The notes under the pieces were generated by a model, which did not search any database, was not told where the DNA came from, and was given only the letters and a program-made list of their open reading frames with translations. From sequence record DRR723986_6321: 37,799 nucleotides of DNA; one strand, given 5' to 3'. Shown one piece after another: positions 19,293 to 31,586 of this stretch (position 1 is the stretch's first letter; each line of letters begins with the position of its first letter). Position numbers and translations under genes: made by a program.

Positions 19293-19639
19293 GTGTCCGT
19301 CGTTCCTTATTGTAATGACTAAATAAAACAAGAGCCGCAGTGTAATAGGACGCAGCCTCGCTGCAAAGGCTTCGCTGGGTGTGCGCTGTTTTCGCGCAAC
19401 CGGGATTGGCTGCAATTACCAGCACTGCTGGGTGACATGCGTAAAATGAGGGGAGGCGTAGTTGAGTATTTGATTGCTCTGGGGCGGGGTATTTTGCGGC
19501 TATGGTAAATCGTTATATAAATAGTTAAAGTTTTACTCTAGGTATTCGCTCTCTTGAATACGAGTTCTACCGTGGGGCTGCCCCCGTCGATGGCGGCGGC
19601 TTATTGCCGGTAGCGGTTAATTACATAGGAAGTATAAAG

Positions 19640-20929
19640 ATGTTTCTTCAAGGATTGAGGTTCTGCCTGACTGGCAGGGCGGTATTTGTTGTTTTATCAA
19701 TTACCCTGATTGTCGGTTGTGGCGGATCGGGCGGTGGCTCTGGTGAGACAAGTCGTCCTCCGTCCGGCTATCTTGCTGATCACTCAGTGTCCTCTACGTA
19801 CGAGCTAACGCGGGCCAACGTTCCAGTGGTGGCAGAAACGCTGCGGTTTGAAACGATGGGGGCCATTTTTATTTTTGATGAATTGCGCAAACTATATCCG
19901 CAGCCGATGCCGACCTTTCAACTTAAAAATGCCCGCAGGAAGGTTGCTTGTGATCACTCTGGTTATGTGATGGTCACCATCAAGGATCGTGGCGCAACGA
20001 TCGCTCAGGACTATGAGAATTGCAAAGATAGTGAGGATGGTGTGCTTATCAGCGGCACACTCCGATCATATATTCACGATGTAGACAACGCTGCCAAGAC
20101 CTATAAGGCCACCATTGAGTATGTCGATTACAGCGGCTCTCAAGATGGAGAGCGTACCACTCGCAGCACTATTCAAGTTTTTTCAGTGAGCGTTGACGAA
20201 AATAACATCCTGTTTGTTGAAACAGAAAGCCATGGCACCACGTTTGATTCCGGTGTTGGTGAGGAATATGAGAGCAATCTTCGTTTTACCTCAATTTATT
20301 ATCGGCTACCGGATGCATTTTTCGGCGTTCCCGAAATTAACGGTTACATGGATTATCAGAGTAGCGGAGCCGTATTGCTGTCGTCCCAAACGGATGGAGT
20401 GTTGACGACCATAGCGGGATTCGGTGATGAGCGAGCCGCCTTTAAGTTGTTTTTGAATCATTACGGCATTGGTTTTACAACGGCTGACGGTGAGCAGTTC
20501 AGCGCCGGCGTAGCAATGGATAAGGTGTCGGAGGTCGATGCATTTTCTGCCAGTAATAACGCTCCTGAAGCGAAATCGCGGGTGAATAACAAGGTGTTTT
20601 ACGCTGATGAGAATGCCCCGATCGTTTTGGCACTCGACGACGCCTTTTATGATCCCGACCTGGATTTGCTGAAGGTGGATGTGACTGTGCAATGCCAGCC
20701 TGAAAATGCTGACGTCAGTGTTGACTTCCAGGAACCCTTTAAGATGACGGTGACCACTGATACCTTCGGCTCTTATACACTCTATGTGGTCGTCACCGAT
20801 GCTCAAGGCAGGTCGGTTAATGCCTCTTTTCCCTTCCAGTACTGGGCAGAGGAAGGGGCTGAAAATAACGAGCCGAGGGTGTGTAGCACACTCCCCCCAT
20901 CGCTTCCCATCGGGATGTTTGCCGAGTAA
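19640..20929 (+). CDS. Hypothetical lipoprotein with C-terminal cadherin/Ig-like domain
   Basis: Lipobox IVG-C followed by a GGSGGGSG linker. C-terminal NNAP...DPDLD...VTDAQG resembles Ca-binding Ig/cadherin-like repeats. AGGA before ATG 19640. Confidence 0.75.
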   Translation: MFLQGLRFCLTGRAVFVVLSITLIVGCGGSGGGSGETSRPPSGYLADHSVSSTYELTRANVPVVAETLRFETMGAIFIFDELRKLYPQPMPTFQLKNARRKVACDHSGYVMVTIKDRGATIAQDYENCKDSEDGVLISGTLRSYIHDVDNAAKTYKATIEYVDYSGSQDGERTTRSTIQVFSVSVDENNILFVETESHGTTFDSGVGEEYESNLRFTSIYYRLPDAFFGVPEINGYMDYQSSGAVLLSSQTDGVLTTIAGFGDERAAFKLFLNHYGIGFTTADGEQFSAGVAMDKVSEVDAFSASNNAPEAKSRVNNKVFYADENAPIVLALDDAFYDPDLDLLKVDVTVQCQPENADVSVDFQEPFKMTVTTDTFGSYTLYVVVTDAQGRSVNASFPFQYWAEEGAENNEPRVCSTLPPSLPIGMFAE

Positions 20930-21120
20930 TGCTGGAATTGGGCGAGGAGGGAGTGCTGATCGCTCCTCGTCGAAAGGGCGCTAATTGGCCCAAAATCTTT
21001 CGGCGATAAGGCTTCCCGCCAGTTTTATCCAAAGCAATGGGTTTGCCGAACAGCGCAAGAACTTACCAGGCTTGGTAATTCGCCAACTTGGAAATCGCGC
21101 AATGAGGGTAGAACAAGAGA

Positions 21121-21207
21121 TGGTACCAGAGGCCGGACTCGAACCGGCACGCCCGTGAAGGCAAGGGATTTTGAATCCCTCATGTCTACCAATTTCATCA
21201 CTCTGGC
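21121..21207 (-). tRNA. tRNA-Leu(CAA)
   Basis: Reverse complement GCCAGAG...AGGGA-TTCAAAA-TCCCT, long variable arm, GTTCGAGTC T-loop, CTCTGGT-A-CCA; 87 nt. Confidence 0.97.
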
Positions 21208-21210
21208 ATT

Positions 21211-21249
21211 GAGGAGGCGGGATTATAGCAGCCTTGTTTAATCGGTCAA
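21211..21249 (-). promoter_or_regulatory. sigma70 promoter of tRNA-Leu
   Basis: Minus strand TTGACC (21249-21244), 16 nt, TATAAT (21227-21222), then CCCGCC discriminator. Confidence 0.8.
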
Positions 21250-21353
21250 TCCATCGGCTAAAAAAATTGCGGTTTTCGCACTAAATGTCGATGAATGGAG
21301 TCCGAAAGCGATTTCCGTTAATCTTGCGGCCTTTATTTTTAGTGATCGAGAGT

Positions 21354-23878
<2,525 letters not shown>

Positions 23879-23896
23879 TGGGCCGAGAGAGTAGCT

Positions 23897-24466
23897 ATGT
23901 TGTATGAACTGGGTGATCGTCGAGTCAAAATGCTCGGTGATGGTCACTTTGTGGCGGACAATGCATCGCTGATTGGCGACGTTGTGCTGAGCCAAAATGT
24001 AAGCATTTGGTTCAATGTGGTGATCCGCGGAGACACCGAACAGATTCGCATTGGTGCTGGCAGCAATATTCAAGATGGCAGTATTCTGCACACCGACCAC
24101 GGTTTTCCGATGAGTATTGGCAAGGATGTGACGGTTGGCCACAAGGTCATGTTGCACGGCTGCACGATTGGCGATGGCAGTTTAATCGGGATGAATGCAG
24201 TGGTTCTCAACGGCGCCAAAGTCGGAAAAAACTGCCTGATTGGTGCCAATGCGCTGGTGACAGAGGGTATGGAGATACCCGACGGTTCGCTCGTGATGGG
24301 AATGCCGGCGAAGGTTAAGCGCGCACTGAGCGACGTGGAGCAGGCAACCCTGGCGCTCTCGGCTCAGCATTATGTGGAGAATGGTCAGCGTTTTCTCAGC
24401 GACTTGCGGCCCCAGAGCTTGGCGTCGGCAAAGTGTGATGGCGAGGAATTTAACGATGAGTTCTGA
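23897..24466 (+). CDS. Gamma carbonic anhydrase family protein (YrdA/PaaY-like)
   Basis: Hexapeptide repeats, RGD, NIQD-x-x-x-x-H, and VGH-x-x-x-LHGC (three Zn-binding His). Confidence 0.92.
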   Translation: MLYELGDRRVKMLGDGHFVADNASLIGDVVLSQNVSIWFNVVIRGDTEQIRIGAGSNIQDGSILHTDHGFPMSIGKDVTVGHKVMLHGCTIGDGSLIGMNAVVLNGAKVGKNCLIGANALVTEGMEIPDGSLVMGMPAKVKRALSDVEQATLALSAQHYVENGQRFLSDLRPQSLASAKCDGEEFNDEF

Positions 24467-24647
24467 ACCATTAGAAACCCCAGTCAAGTCGCCCTGTGTC
24501 TCGGTGTGCGCACTGGATGAGCAAGATGTCTGTCTGGGCTGTTACCGAACGGTGGACGAAATTCGCGAATGGTCGTCGGTAAATGATGCGCAGCGCCGAG
24601 AGATTATCCGTATGGCCAATGCGCGCTGTAAGGAACGCTACGGCTAA
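24456..24647 (+). CDS. DUF1289 family small Cys-rich protein
   Basis: SPCVSVC...CLGCYRT-x-x-EI-x-x-W pattern. GAGG RBS before ATG 24456. Confidence 0.85.
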   Translation: MSSEPLETPVKSPCVSVCALDEQDVCLGCYRTVDEIREWSSVNDAQRREIIRMANARCKERYG

Positions 24648-24656
24648 TTGTCGGCG

Positions 24657-25931
24657 CTATGCGCGCCGACGGTTGCGACCTTTCGGGTAGGCTCTTACCA
24701 GCTGAATCAGGTTGCCTTTCATTTCCATAATTTCAAAGCAGTAGCCCTCAACCGTAACCCCTACCATTGCCTCTGGGAAGCTCTCGAGCGTTTCCAATAG
24801 CAGGCCGTTCAGTGTTTTCGGTCCGTCGGTGGGCAGTTCCCACTTGAGGGTTTTATTAATATCCCGCACGGTGGTGGTGCCGTCGATCACAAATGTGCCA
24901 TCGCTTTGGTGGGTGATGTCGTCGGTGTCAGTGCTGAGGTTGGACGTGAACTCGCCGACAATCTCTTCAAGCAAATCCTCTAGCGTGACAATACCCTGCA
25001 TCACGCCGTACTCATCGACAACAATGCCCATGCGCCGCTTTTGTTTTTGAAAGTTAAATAGCTGGGTGTGCAGGGGCGTGCCTTCCGGAATGAAGTAGGG
25101 CGCGCGGAGGGCGCGTAGCAGGCGGTCGCGCTGTACTTTGCCGTGCTCATCAACGCTGTTAATGATGTCCCGCTGATGGAGAATGCCGACAACATTATCA
25201 ATGTCGTTTTGATACACCGGAATGCGGGTAAACTCGGCGTCGCGCAGCTTCTCAATGATGGCCGTCGTGTCGGCTTCAATATCAATGCCGTAGACCTCAT
25301 TGCGCGGGATCATAATGTCGTCCACGGTGATGAGCTCTAGGTCCAAAATATTCAGGAGCATGCCGCGGTGATGTTTGGGGATCAGGTGGCCGGCATCGCC
25401 GACGATGGTCCGCAACTCCTCCATGCCGATGTGTTCGCTGCCGTCATTCTTCTCAACGCCCGTCATGCGCAGCACCATATGGGTGATATGGCTAACCAGC
25501 CAGATTACCGGGAACAGCAGGCTGCGCAGCGGTAGCAAGATATGGCTGACGGTATAGGCCACCATTTCAGATTTATACGCGGCAATGGTCTTGGGGATGA
25601 TCTCGGCAAAAATCAGGAAGACCAGGGTCAGCAAAATAGACGCGGGAACAACGGCGTTGTCGCCATAGAGACGAATCGCGAGTACGGTGGCGAGCGCAGC
25701 GGCAAGATTGTTGATGAGATTGTTGCCGATCAATATCGTGCTGATCAGACTGTCGGGTTTTTCCAACAAGCGTGCAGCGCGCCGGGCACCGCGGTGGCCA
25801 GTTTTCACTTTGTGGCGCAGGCGGTAGCGGTTCAGGGACATCATTCCAGTTTCAGAACCGGAGAAGAAACCAGAAAAGAAGATCAGCGCGGCCAATATTC
25901 CAAATAAAAGACCCAGCGGTGCCTCGTTCAA
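24657..25931 (-). CDS. CNNM/HlyC/CorC family membrane protein (YfjD-like)
   Basis: FFSGSET, ILIGNN and EIIPK (CNNM domain), a CBS pair (VVDEYG...LEDLLEEIVG), and a CorC C-terminal domain. TTG start. Confidence 0.92.
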   Translation of the reverse strand: MNEAPLGLLFGILAALIFFSGFFSGSETGMMSLNRYRLRHKVKTGHRGARRAARLLEKPDSLISTILIGNNLINNLAAALATVLAIRLYGDNAVVPASILLTLVFLIFAEIIPKTIAAYKSEMVAYTVSHILLPLRSLLFPVIWLVSHITHMVLRMTGVEKNDGSEHIGMEELRTIVGDAGHLIPKHHRGMLLNILDLELITVDDIMIPRNEVYGIDIEADTTAIIEKLRDAEFTRIPVYQNDIDNVVGILHQRDIINSVDEHGKVQRDRLLRALRAPYFIPEGTPLHTQLFNFQKQKRRMGIVVDEYGVMQGIVTLEDLLEEIVGEFTSNLSTDTDDITHQSDGTFVIDGTTTVRDINKTLKWELPTDGPKTLNGLLLETLESFPEAMVGVTVEGYCFEIMEMKGNLIQLVRAYPKGRNRRRA

Positions 25932-26012
25932 AAAGCCCTAAACTCCCGAGAAAAAAATCAGTGCCAATCTTGAAGAAAAACCGCCTGCAGCACAAGCCGC
26001 CAGGCTCATAAG

Positions 26013-26810
26013 TTAGGGGCTGGCAATCAAGCTCAGGGCGATTTTGGTGCCAAGATAACCCAGCAGCAGGAAGGCGAAGGCCCACAGTGTCCAGCGAATC
26101 GCTGTGCGGCCGCGCCAGCCGAGGGCGAGCCGCCCACCAATAAGCACGCCGAGCAGCAGCCATGCCATGATGGAAAACAGCGTTTTATGGGCAAGGTTCT
26201 GGCCTAACAGGTCATCGACGAATACCACGCCGGTGCCAATGGCCGCCGTTAGCAGCAGGAAGCTCGCGGCAACCAGCTCAAACAACATGCCCTCCATGGT
26301 TTGCAGTGGCGGCATAAAGCTGGGCAAGCCGCGAAGCTGGTGCTGGCGCAGCATACGGTCCTGGCTGGCCAGTACCAGTGCCTGAACGGCGGCGATGGTG
26401 AGCATGCTGTACGCCAATATTGATAAAATAATGTGGCTGTACATGCCTACAGAGTGCTTTTCGCCAACTTGCTGACCCGGGAGAAGTAACTCCAGAGCAA
26501 TGGCGAGAATGGCCAGGGGGAACAGCGCCAACAGCAGGTTGTGTATGGGGCGGCGAAGACTGGCCCCGAGAGTGATCGCGCAAATCAGGCCGGTGAGGAG
26601 CGAAAAAAGCTGCGACAGCCCCAGGTCTGCGCCAATGGGGGTGGCAATGGCGCTTACCGCCGCCACAAAATGGGCTGTAATGGCTATTGCGCCGAAGCAC
26701 AGTGCGCCGCGGCTGAGTTGCTGGCCGTTGCCAAGGCGAAGGCGCCTCGCCTGCGCGCCAGTGGCAAAGAAGTATAGAAGGACTGCTATCAGGCTGCTTG
26801 CAATGTTCAT
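26013..26810 (-). CDS. Cytochrome c assembly (CcsA/YpjD) family inner membrane protein
   Basis: HI-x-x-S-x-x-AY, PPL-x-x-ME, HKT-x-x-S and GWRGR motifs. Conserved position divergent from ffh. Confidence 0.88.
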   Translation of the reverse strand: MNIASSLIAVLLYFFATGAQARRLRLGNGQQLSRGALCFGAIAITAHFVAAVSAIATPIGADLGLSQLFSLLTGLICAITLGASLRRPIHNLLLALFPLAILAIALELLLPGQQVGEKHSVGMYSHIILSILAYSMLTIAAVQALVLASQDRMLRQHQLRGLPSFMPPLQTMEGMLFELVAASFLLLTAAIGTGVVFVDDLLGQNLAHKTLFSIMAWLLLGVLIGGRLALGWRGRTAIRWTLWAFAFLLLGYLGTKIALSLIASP

Positions 26811-26843
26811 GTACTCGGCTTTGCCGGATTCCCTGTCTGCGTT

Positions 26844-26872
26844 TTGGGTCTGGGCAGTGACTCGGTTATACT
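26844..26872 (+). promoter_or_regulatory. sigma70 promoter candidate for ffh
   Basis: TTGGGT (26844-26849), 17 nt, TATACT (26867-26872), then TCCGCG. Confidence 0.5.
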
Positions 26873-26992
26873 TCCGCGTCTTTCTGTCGGCCCGCTGCGT
26901 TCTATGCGTGGGCTGATTGTAAGCGTGTTCACTGCAGCCTGTCGATACGGCTTACAGTACAAGCGCATTTCCGACTTCAGAGAGTTGATGGC

Positions 26993-28369
26993 ATGTTTGA
27001 AAATCTCACCGAACGTTTATCGCAAACCCTGCGCCATGTTACCGGCCAGGCTCGCCTTAGCGACGACAATATAAAAGATGCGATGCGCGACGTGCGCATG
27101 GCATTGCTTGAGGCCGATGTCGCGCTGCCCGTGGTGAAGGACTTTGTTGAGGCGGTGCGACAACGCGCGGTGGGTCAGGAGGTAAGCAAGAGCCTGAGCC
27201 CGGGGCAAATGTTCGTGAAAATCGTCCAGCAAGAGCTGGAACACATCATGGGCGACAAGAACGAAGGCTTGGATTTTTCTACCCAGCCGCCGGCAGTCAT
27301 CCTGATGGCGGGCCTGCAGGGGGCGGGTAAAACCACCTCTGTTGGCAAGCTGGCAAAATACTTAAAGGAAAAAGAAAAGAAGAAAGTACTGGTCGTGAGT
27401 GCCGATATCTACCGGCCAGCGGCCATCAAACAGCTTGAGACCCTGGCTGGCGATGTCGGTGTCGATTTCTTTCCGAGCACCACCGAGCAAAAAGCCGTGG
27501 ATATCGGCAAGGCGGCGCTCGCCGAGGCAAAGCTGCGCTTCTACGATGTGGTAATCGTGGATACGGCGGGCCGTTTGCACGTCGACACCGACATGATGAC
27601 AGAGATTCAAGAGTTGCACGCGGCGATTACGCCCACAGAGACGCTGTTCGTGGTTGACGCCATGACCGGTCAGGATGCGGCCAATACCGCCAAGGCCTTC
27701 GGCGAAGCGCTGCCGCTTACCGGGGTTATTCTCACCAAGGCCGATGCGGATAGCCGGGGTGGTGCGGCGCTTTCGGTGCGACATATTACCGGCAAGCCCA
27801 TCAAGTTCTTGGGGGTGGGTGAGAAAACCGACGCTCTGGATCCCTTCCATCCGGATCGTGTGGCATCACGAATTCTGGGAATGGGGGATATTCTCTCCCT
27901 GATCGACGAGGCGGAAGCCAAGCTCGATAAGCAGAAAGCCGAAAAATTGGCGAAGAAGATCAAAAAAGGGAAGAAATTTGATCTTGAGGATCTTCGCGAC
28001 CAGCTGCAGCAAATGCAAAACATGGGTGGCCTCACCGGCATGCTCGATAAATTGCCTGGGATGGGCAATATGGCGCAGATGGCGCAAAGCCAGATCGATA
28101 CCAAAATGTTTACGCGCATGGAAGCCATCATCAATTCAATGACGCCAGCCGAGCGCCGCAATCCGGATCTTCTCAATGGGTCGCGCAAGAAGCGCATCGT
28201 GGCGGGTTCCGGTACCCAGATCCAGGATCTGAACCGCCTGCTTAAACAGCACAAGCAAATGGCCAAGATGATGAAAAAAATGGGTCAGAAGGGCGGCATG
28301 ACCAATATGATGCGCGGTATGGGTGGAATGATGCCCCCCGGTGGCGGTGGCCGCTTCCCCGGAATGTAG
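26993..28369 (+). CDS. ffh: Signal recognition particle protein
   Basis: MFENLTERL, GLQGAGKTT, DTAGR, TKAD, and a Met-rich M domain. Confidence 0.98.
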   Translation: MFENLTERLSQTLRHVTGQARLSDDNIKDAMRDVRMALLEADVALPVVKDFVEAVRQRAVGQEVSKSLSPGQMFVKIVQQELEHIMGDKNEGLDFSTQPPAVILMAGLQGAGKTTSVGKLAKYLKEKEKKKVLVVSADIYRPAAIKQLETLAGDVGVDFFPSTTEQKAVDIGKAALAEAKLRFYDVVIVDTAGRLHVDTDMMTEIQELHAAITPTETLFVVDAMTGQDAANTAKAFGEALPLTGVILTKADADSRGGAALSVRHITGKPIKFLGVGEKTDALDPFHPDRVASRILGMGDILSLIDEAEAKLDKQKAEKLAKKIKKGKKFDLEDLRDQLQQMQNMGGLTGMLDKLPGMGNMAQMAQSQIDTKMFTRMEAIINSMTPAERRNPDLLNGSRKKRIVAGSGTQIQDLNRLLKQHKQMAKMMKKMGQKGGMTNMMRGMGGMMPPGGGGRFPGM

Positions 28370-28483
28370 TCCGGAGCTGCCGAGAACCGCACTATAATCA
28401 AGCGCTTGCCCGCATTTTGCGGTGACGGCCTGGCAGGGTGGTGGGGTGATCATCACCGCAGAGGGAAAAAAGTGTATCAGCTG

Positions 28484-28520
28484 TTTCAAATGCATACACT
28501 TTCCCTTATAATTCCGCGCC
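28484..28520 (+). promoter_or_regulatory. sigma70 promoter of the rpsP-rimM-trmD-rplS operon
   Basis: TTTCAA (28484-28489), 17 nt, TATAAT (28507-28512), then TCCGCGCC discriminator. Confidence 0.65.
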
Positions 28521-28604
28521 TTTACGGCTCCGGGTCGTTAACAGGATCAAAAATTCGCAGTAGCGGTCAACGCCGCTGCCCAAAAGCTAGGAACTGATAC
28601 AAGA

Positions 28605-28853
28605 ATGGTCACTATTCGTTTGGCACGTGGCGGCTCTAAAAAGCGCCCCTTCTACCACCTGACAGTCACTGACAGCCGCACTTCACGTGACGGTCGTTTC
28701 ATTGAGCGCGTTGGGTTCTTCAACCCTGTTGCCCGTGGTAACGAAGAGCGTTTGCGTGTAGACACCGCTCGCGTTGAGCACTGGGTTGCTCAAGGCGCTC
28801 AGCTGTCTGACCGCGTTGCTAAGCTGATCAAAGAAGCACCTGCAGCCGAGTAA
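28605..28853 (+). CDS. rpsP: 30S ribosomal protein S16
   Basis: [17 protein letters not shown]...[14 protein letters not shown]. Confidence 0.98.
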   Translation: MVTIRLARGGSKKRPFYHLTVTDSRTSRDGRFIERVGFFNPVARGNEERLRVDTARVEHWVAQGAQLSDRVAKLIKEAPAAE

Positions 28854-28858
28854 GCTGG

Positions 28859-29383
28859 GTGTCTACCTCGTCTTCACCAGTCGTCATAGCGAAAATCTCG
28901 ACGGTATACGGGGTAAAAGGGTGGGTAAAGATACATTCCTTTACCGACCCGCTTGAGAATTTTCTGGATTTCTCTGACTACCAGCTGCGCAAAAAAGGCC
29001 GGTGGCAGGAGATCGAACTCGACGAATGTCGGCGTCATGGTAAGGGCATCGTAGCCCATATTAAGGGTGTCGACGATCGCGAGTTGGCTCGAGAGTATTG
29101 CGGGCTTGAGCTGGGGATTTTGGCAGAGCAGTTGCCAAGCCTGGCTGAAAATGAGTTTTACTGGCACCAATTAGTGGGTTTGAAGGTTATCGCTTCGGAG
29201 CAGCTGTTGGGTGTGGTGGATCATATGATCGAAACCGGCGCCAATGATGTAATGGTGGTGCGACGGTGTGAGGGAAGCCTCGACGATCGAGAACGGTTGA
29301 TCCCTTACTTGCCGGGTGATTTTGTGCAGGATATAGACCTGCAAAGCGGCACGATTACTGTCGATTGGGACCCGGAGTTCTAA
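28859..29383 (+). CDS. rimM: Ribosome maturation factor RimM
   Basis: YGVKGWVK, EFYWHQLVG, ETGANDV and DWDPEF motifs; operon position. Confidence 0.96.
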   Translation: MSTSSSPVVIAKISTVYGVKGWVKIHSFTDPLENFLDFSDYQLRKKGRWQEIELDECRRHGKGIVAHIKGVDDRELAREYCGLELGILAEQLPSLAENEFYWHQLVGLKVIASEQLLGVVDHMIETGANDVMVVRRCEGSLDDRERLIPYLPGDFVQDIDLQSGTITVDWDPEF

Positions 29384-29416
29384 CGCGCAGTGAACGTGGC
29401 GCGTGATGGGGGCAGA

Positions 29417-30157
29417 ATGGATATCGCAGTGGTAACCCTGTTCCCAGAGATGTTCGGCGCGATCAGCGATTATGGTGTCACCGGACGAGCAGTACAAAAA
29501 GGGGTGTTAAACCTTAGCTGCATCAACCCGCGGTCGTTTACTGAAGATCGCCATCAAACGGTTGATGATCGCCCCTACGGTGGCGGCCCAGGTATGGTGA
29601 TGATGCCAGAACCGTTAAGCAAGGCGTTGCAGGCAGCGCGCGAAACGGTAGCCAAGCCGGCGAAGACGGTGTATCTGTCGCCGCAGGGTAGAAAGTTAGA
29701 TCAAAGCGGCTTGCAGGAGCTGGCGCAAGAAAATGCGTTGATTCTATTAGCCGGGCGTTATGAAGGCGTTGATGAACGCTTGATTGAACGTGAGATCGAC
29801 GAAGAGTGGTCTATTGGTGACTATGTCATCAGCGGTGGCGAGCTAGCTGCGATGGTGATGATAGACGGCTTGAGTCGTTTGCTGCCGGGCGTGTTGGGCC
29901 ATCAGCAGTCGGCGGAACAGGACTCCTTCGCAGAGGGGTTGTTAGATTGCCCACATTACACCCGACCCGAGGTGTATGGGGAAGATGTGGTTCCAGAGGT
30001 ATTGCTTAGCGGCAATCACGGAGCCATACGACGCTGGCGCTTAAAGCAGGCGCTGGGTCGAACGTTTGTACGGCGCCCGGACTTGCTCGAATCGAGACAG
30101 CTGAGCGACGAGGAAAACACACTGCTGGCGGAGTATCTTCGCGAGCGTAACGACTAA
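29417..30157 (+). CDS. trmD: tRNA (guanine37-N1)-methyltransferase
   Basis: [38 protein letters not shown] and YTRP motifs. Start ATG 29417. Confidence 0.97.
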   Translation: MDIAVVTLFPEMFGAISDYGVTGRAVQKGVLNLSCINPRSFTEDRHQTVDDRPYGGGPGMVMMPEPLSKALQAARETVAKPAKTVYLSPQGRKLDQSGLQELAQENALILLAGRYEGVDERLIEREIDEEWSIGDYVISGGELAAMVMIDGLSRLLPGVLGHQQSAEQDSFAEGLLDCPHYTRPEVYGEDVVPEVLLSGNHGAIRRWRLKQALGRTFVRRPDLLESRQLSDEENTLLAEYLRERND

Positions 30158-30204
30158 TTGACAGCTAGCTGTGAAGCTACCAACTTTTATTTCAGGAGCA
30201 TGCC

Positions 30205-30567
30205 ATGAGCACCAACAAAATTATCGCCGAGCTGGAAGCGGAGCAGACCGCCAAAGAGCTGCCGGAATTCAGCCCCGGTGACACCGTTGTCGTTCAGGTA
30301 AAGGTTAAAGAAGGTAACCGCGAGCGTCTGCAGGCCTTTGAAGGTGTTGTTATCGCCAAGAAAAACCGCGCGTTAAACTCTTCTTTCACCGTTCGCAAGA
30401 TTTCTCACGGTGTTGGCGTTGAGCGTACTTTCCAAACTTACAGCACGCTGATCGACAGCATTCAGGTTAAGCGTCGCGGTGATGTTCGCCAAGCTAAACT
30501 GTACTACTTGCGTGAGCGCAGCGGTCGTTCAGCTCGTATCAAAGAGAAGCTGGCAACCAAGTCGTAA
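30205..30567 (+). CDS. rplS: 50S ribosomal protein L19
   Basis: PGDTV-x-[19 protein letters not shown] and RQAKLYYLR motifs. Confidence 0.98.
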   Translation: MSTNKIIAELEAEQTAKELPEFSPGDTVVVQVKVKEGNRERLQAFEGVVIAKKNRALNSSFTVRKISHGVGVERTFQTYSTLIDSIQVKRRGDVRQAKLYYLRERSGRSARIKEKLATKS

Positions 30568-30586
30568 TACGGTTTTCGCATCTCCG

Positions 30587-30615
30587 AAAAGGCAGCCACT
30601 GGCTGCCTTTTTTTT
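30587..30615 (+). terminator. Rho-independent terminator of the rpsP operon
   Basis: AAAAGGCAGCC-ACT-GGCTGCC followed by T8. Confidence 0.92.
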
Positions 30616-30677
30616 GTCTGGCTGGTGGCGCCGTCCATCGGCGAGATAGAATCTGGCTGACGATCGAGGAGGAGTTC

Positions 30678-31586
30678 ATGGCGCAGCAAGCCAGTGATCA
30701 GGATCAGCCAACCATAGACCGCTACATTGACGCGCTGTGGCTAGAGAAAGGGCTTAGCGATAACAGCTTGCAGTCTTACCGCCGTGACCTATACCAATGG
30801 TCCTATTGGCTCGCTCAGCGGGGCAGTGGCGTGCTGCTATGTGGTCGCGCCGATGCGCTGGATTATTTGGCCGAGCAGCGCGGCCAGGGCAAATCTGCCC
30901 GTAGTACTGCACGTTTGCTTTCTTGCCTGCGTGGGTTTTACCGTTATCAGCTGCGGGAGGGGCGCCTTCAGGAAGACCCGCTTGCCAATATTGAAGCGCC
31001 CAAGTTAGGGAGGCCGCTACCTAAATCCTTGAGTGAGGCTGATGTTGAGGCCTTGCTTGCGCAGCCCGACGACGATATCGCGATCGAACAGCGTGACCGG
31101 GCAATGCTGGAACTACTGTATGCTGCCGGCCTGCGAGTCAGTGAGCTGGTGAGCTTGCGGTTTTCGCAGTTGGGCCTGGAGCAGGGCGTGGTGCGAGTCA
31201 CCGGCAAGGGCAACAAGGAGCGCCTGGTGCCAATGGGGGAAGAGGCTCTGCACTGCTTACAAGCGTATTTGCGTGGCGGACGGCCACAGTTGTTGGCGGA
31301 TGGCGAGTCGGACGTGGTGTTCCCCAGTCGCCGGGGGCAGGTGATGACCCGACAAACGTTTTGGCACCGCGTGAAGCTCTACGCGCAGCGCGCCGGCATT
31401 CGCTCAAGTATTTCACCGCATACGCTGCGTCACGCGTTTGCCACACATCTGGTGAATCATGGTGCTGACCTGCGGGTTGTTCAGCTGCTGCTCGGTCACA
31501 GTGACTTGAGCACCACGCAGATATACACCCATGTTGCCAGAGAGCGAATGCAGGCTTTGCATCGCGCGCATCACCCGCGCGGTTGA
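30678..31586 (+). CDS. xerD: Site-specific tyrosine recombinase XerD
   Basis: LELLYAAGLRVSEL, GKG-x-KERLVP, MTRQTFW, SPHTLRHAFATH and LGHSDLSTTQIYTHV motifs; rplS-xerD-dsbC synteny. Confidence 0.96.
   Translation: MAQQASDQDQPTIDRYIDALWLEKGLSDNSLQSYRRDLYQWSYWLAQRGSGVLLCGRADALDYLAEQRGQGKSARSTARLLSCLRGFYRYQLREGRLQEDPLANIEAPKLGRPLPKSLSEADVEALLAQPDDDIAIEQRDRAMLELLYAAGLRVSELVSLRFSQLGLEQGVVRVTGKGNKERLVPMGEEALHCLQAYLRGGRPQLLADGESDVVFPSRRGQVMTRQTFWHRVKLYAQRAGIRSSISPHTLRHAFATHLVNHGADLRVVQLLLGHSDLSTTQIYTHVARERMQALHRAHHPRG

Noticed and set aside
19305-19330. Fur box upstream of the thioesterase/receptor pair
   Set aside because: The region is AT-rich but lacks the GATAATGATAATCATTATC pattern or its inverted-repeat symmetry.
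12600-21135. att-like direct repeat of the tRNA-Leu 3' end (TGGTACCAGAGG) bounding an island
   Set aside because: No second copy was seen by eye in the intergenic regions, and no integrase is present. Likewise no repeat of the tRNA-Val 3' end was seen after katG.
28255-28369. Low-complexity ATG/GGC-rich repeats at the end of ffh
   Set aside because: This is the normal Met/Gly-rich C-terminal tail of Ffh, not a DNA repeat element.
30678-31586. Tyrosine recombinase as a mobile-element integrase
   Set aside because: Sequence and rplS-xerD-dsbC synteny identify housekeeping XerD.
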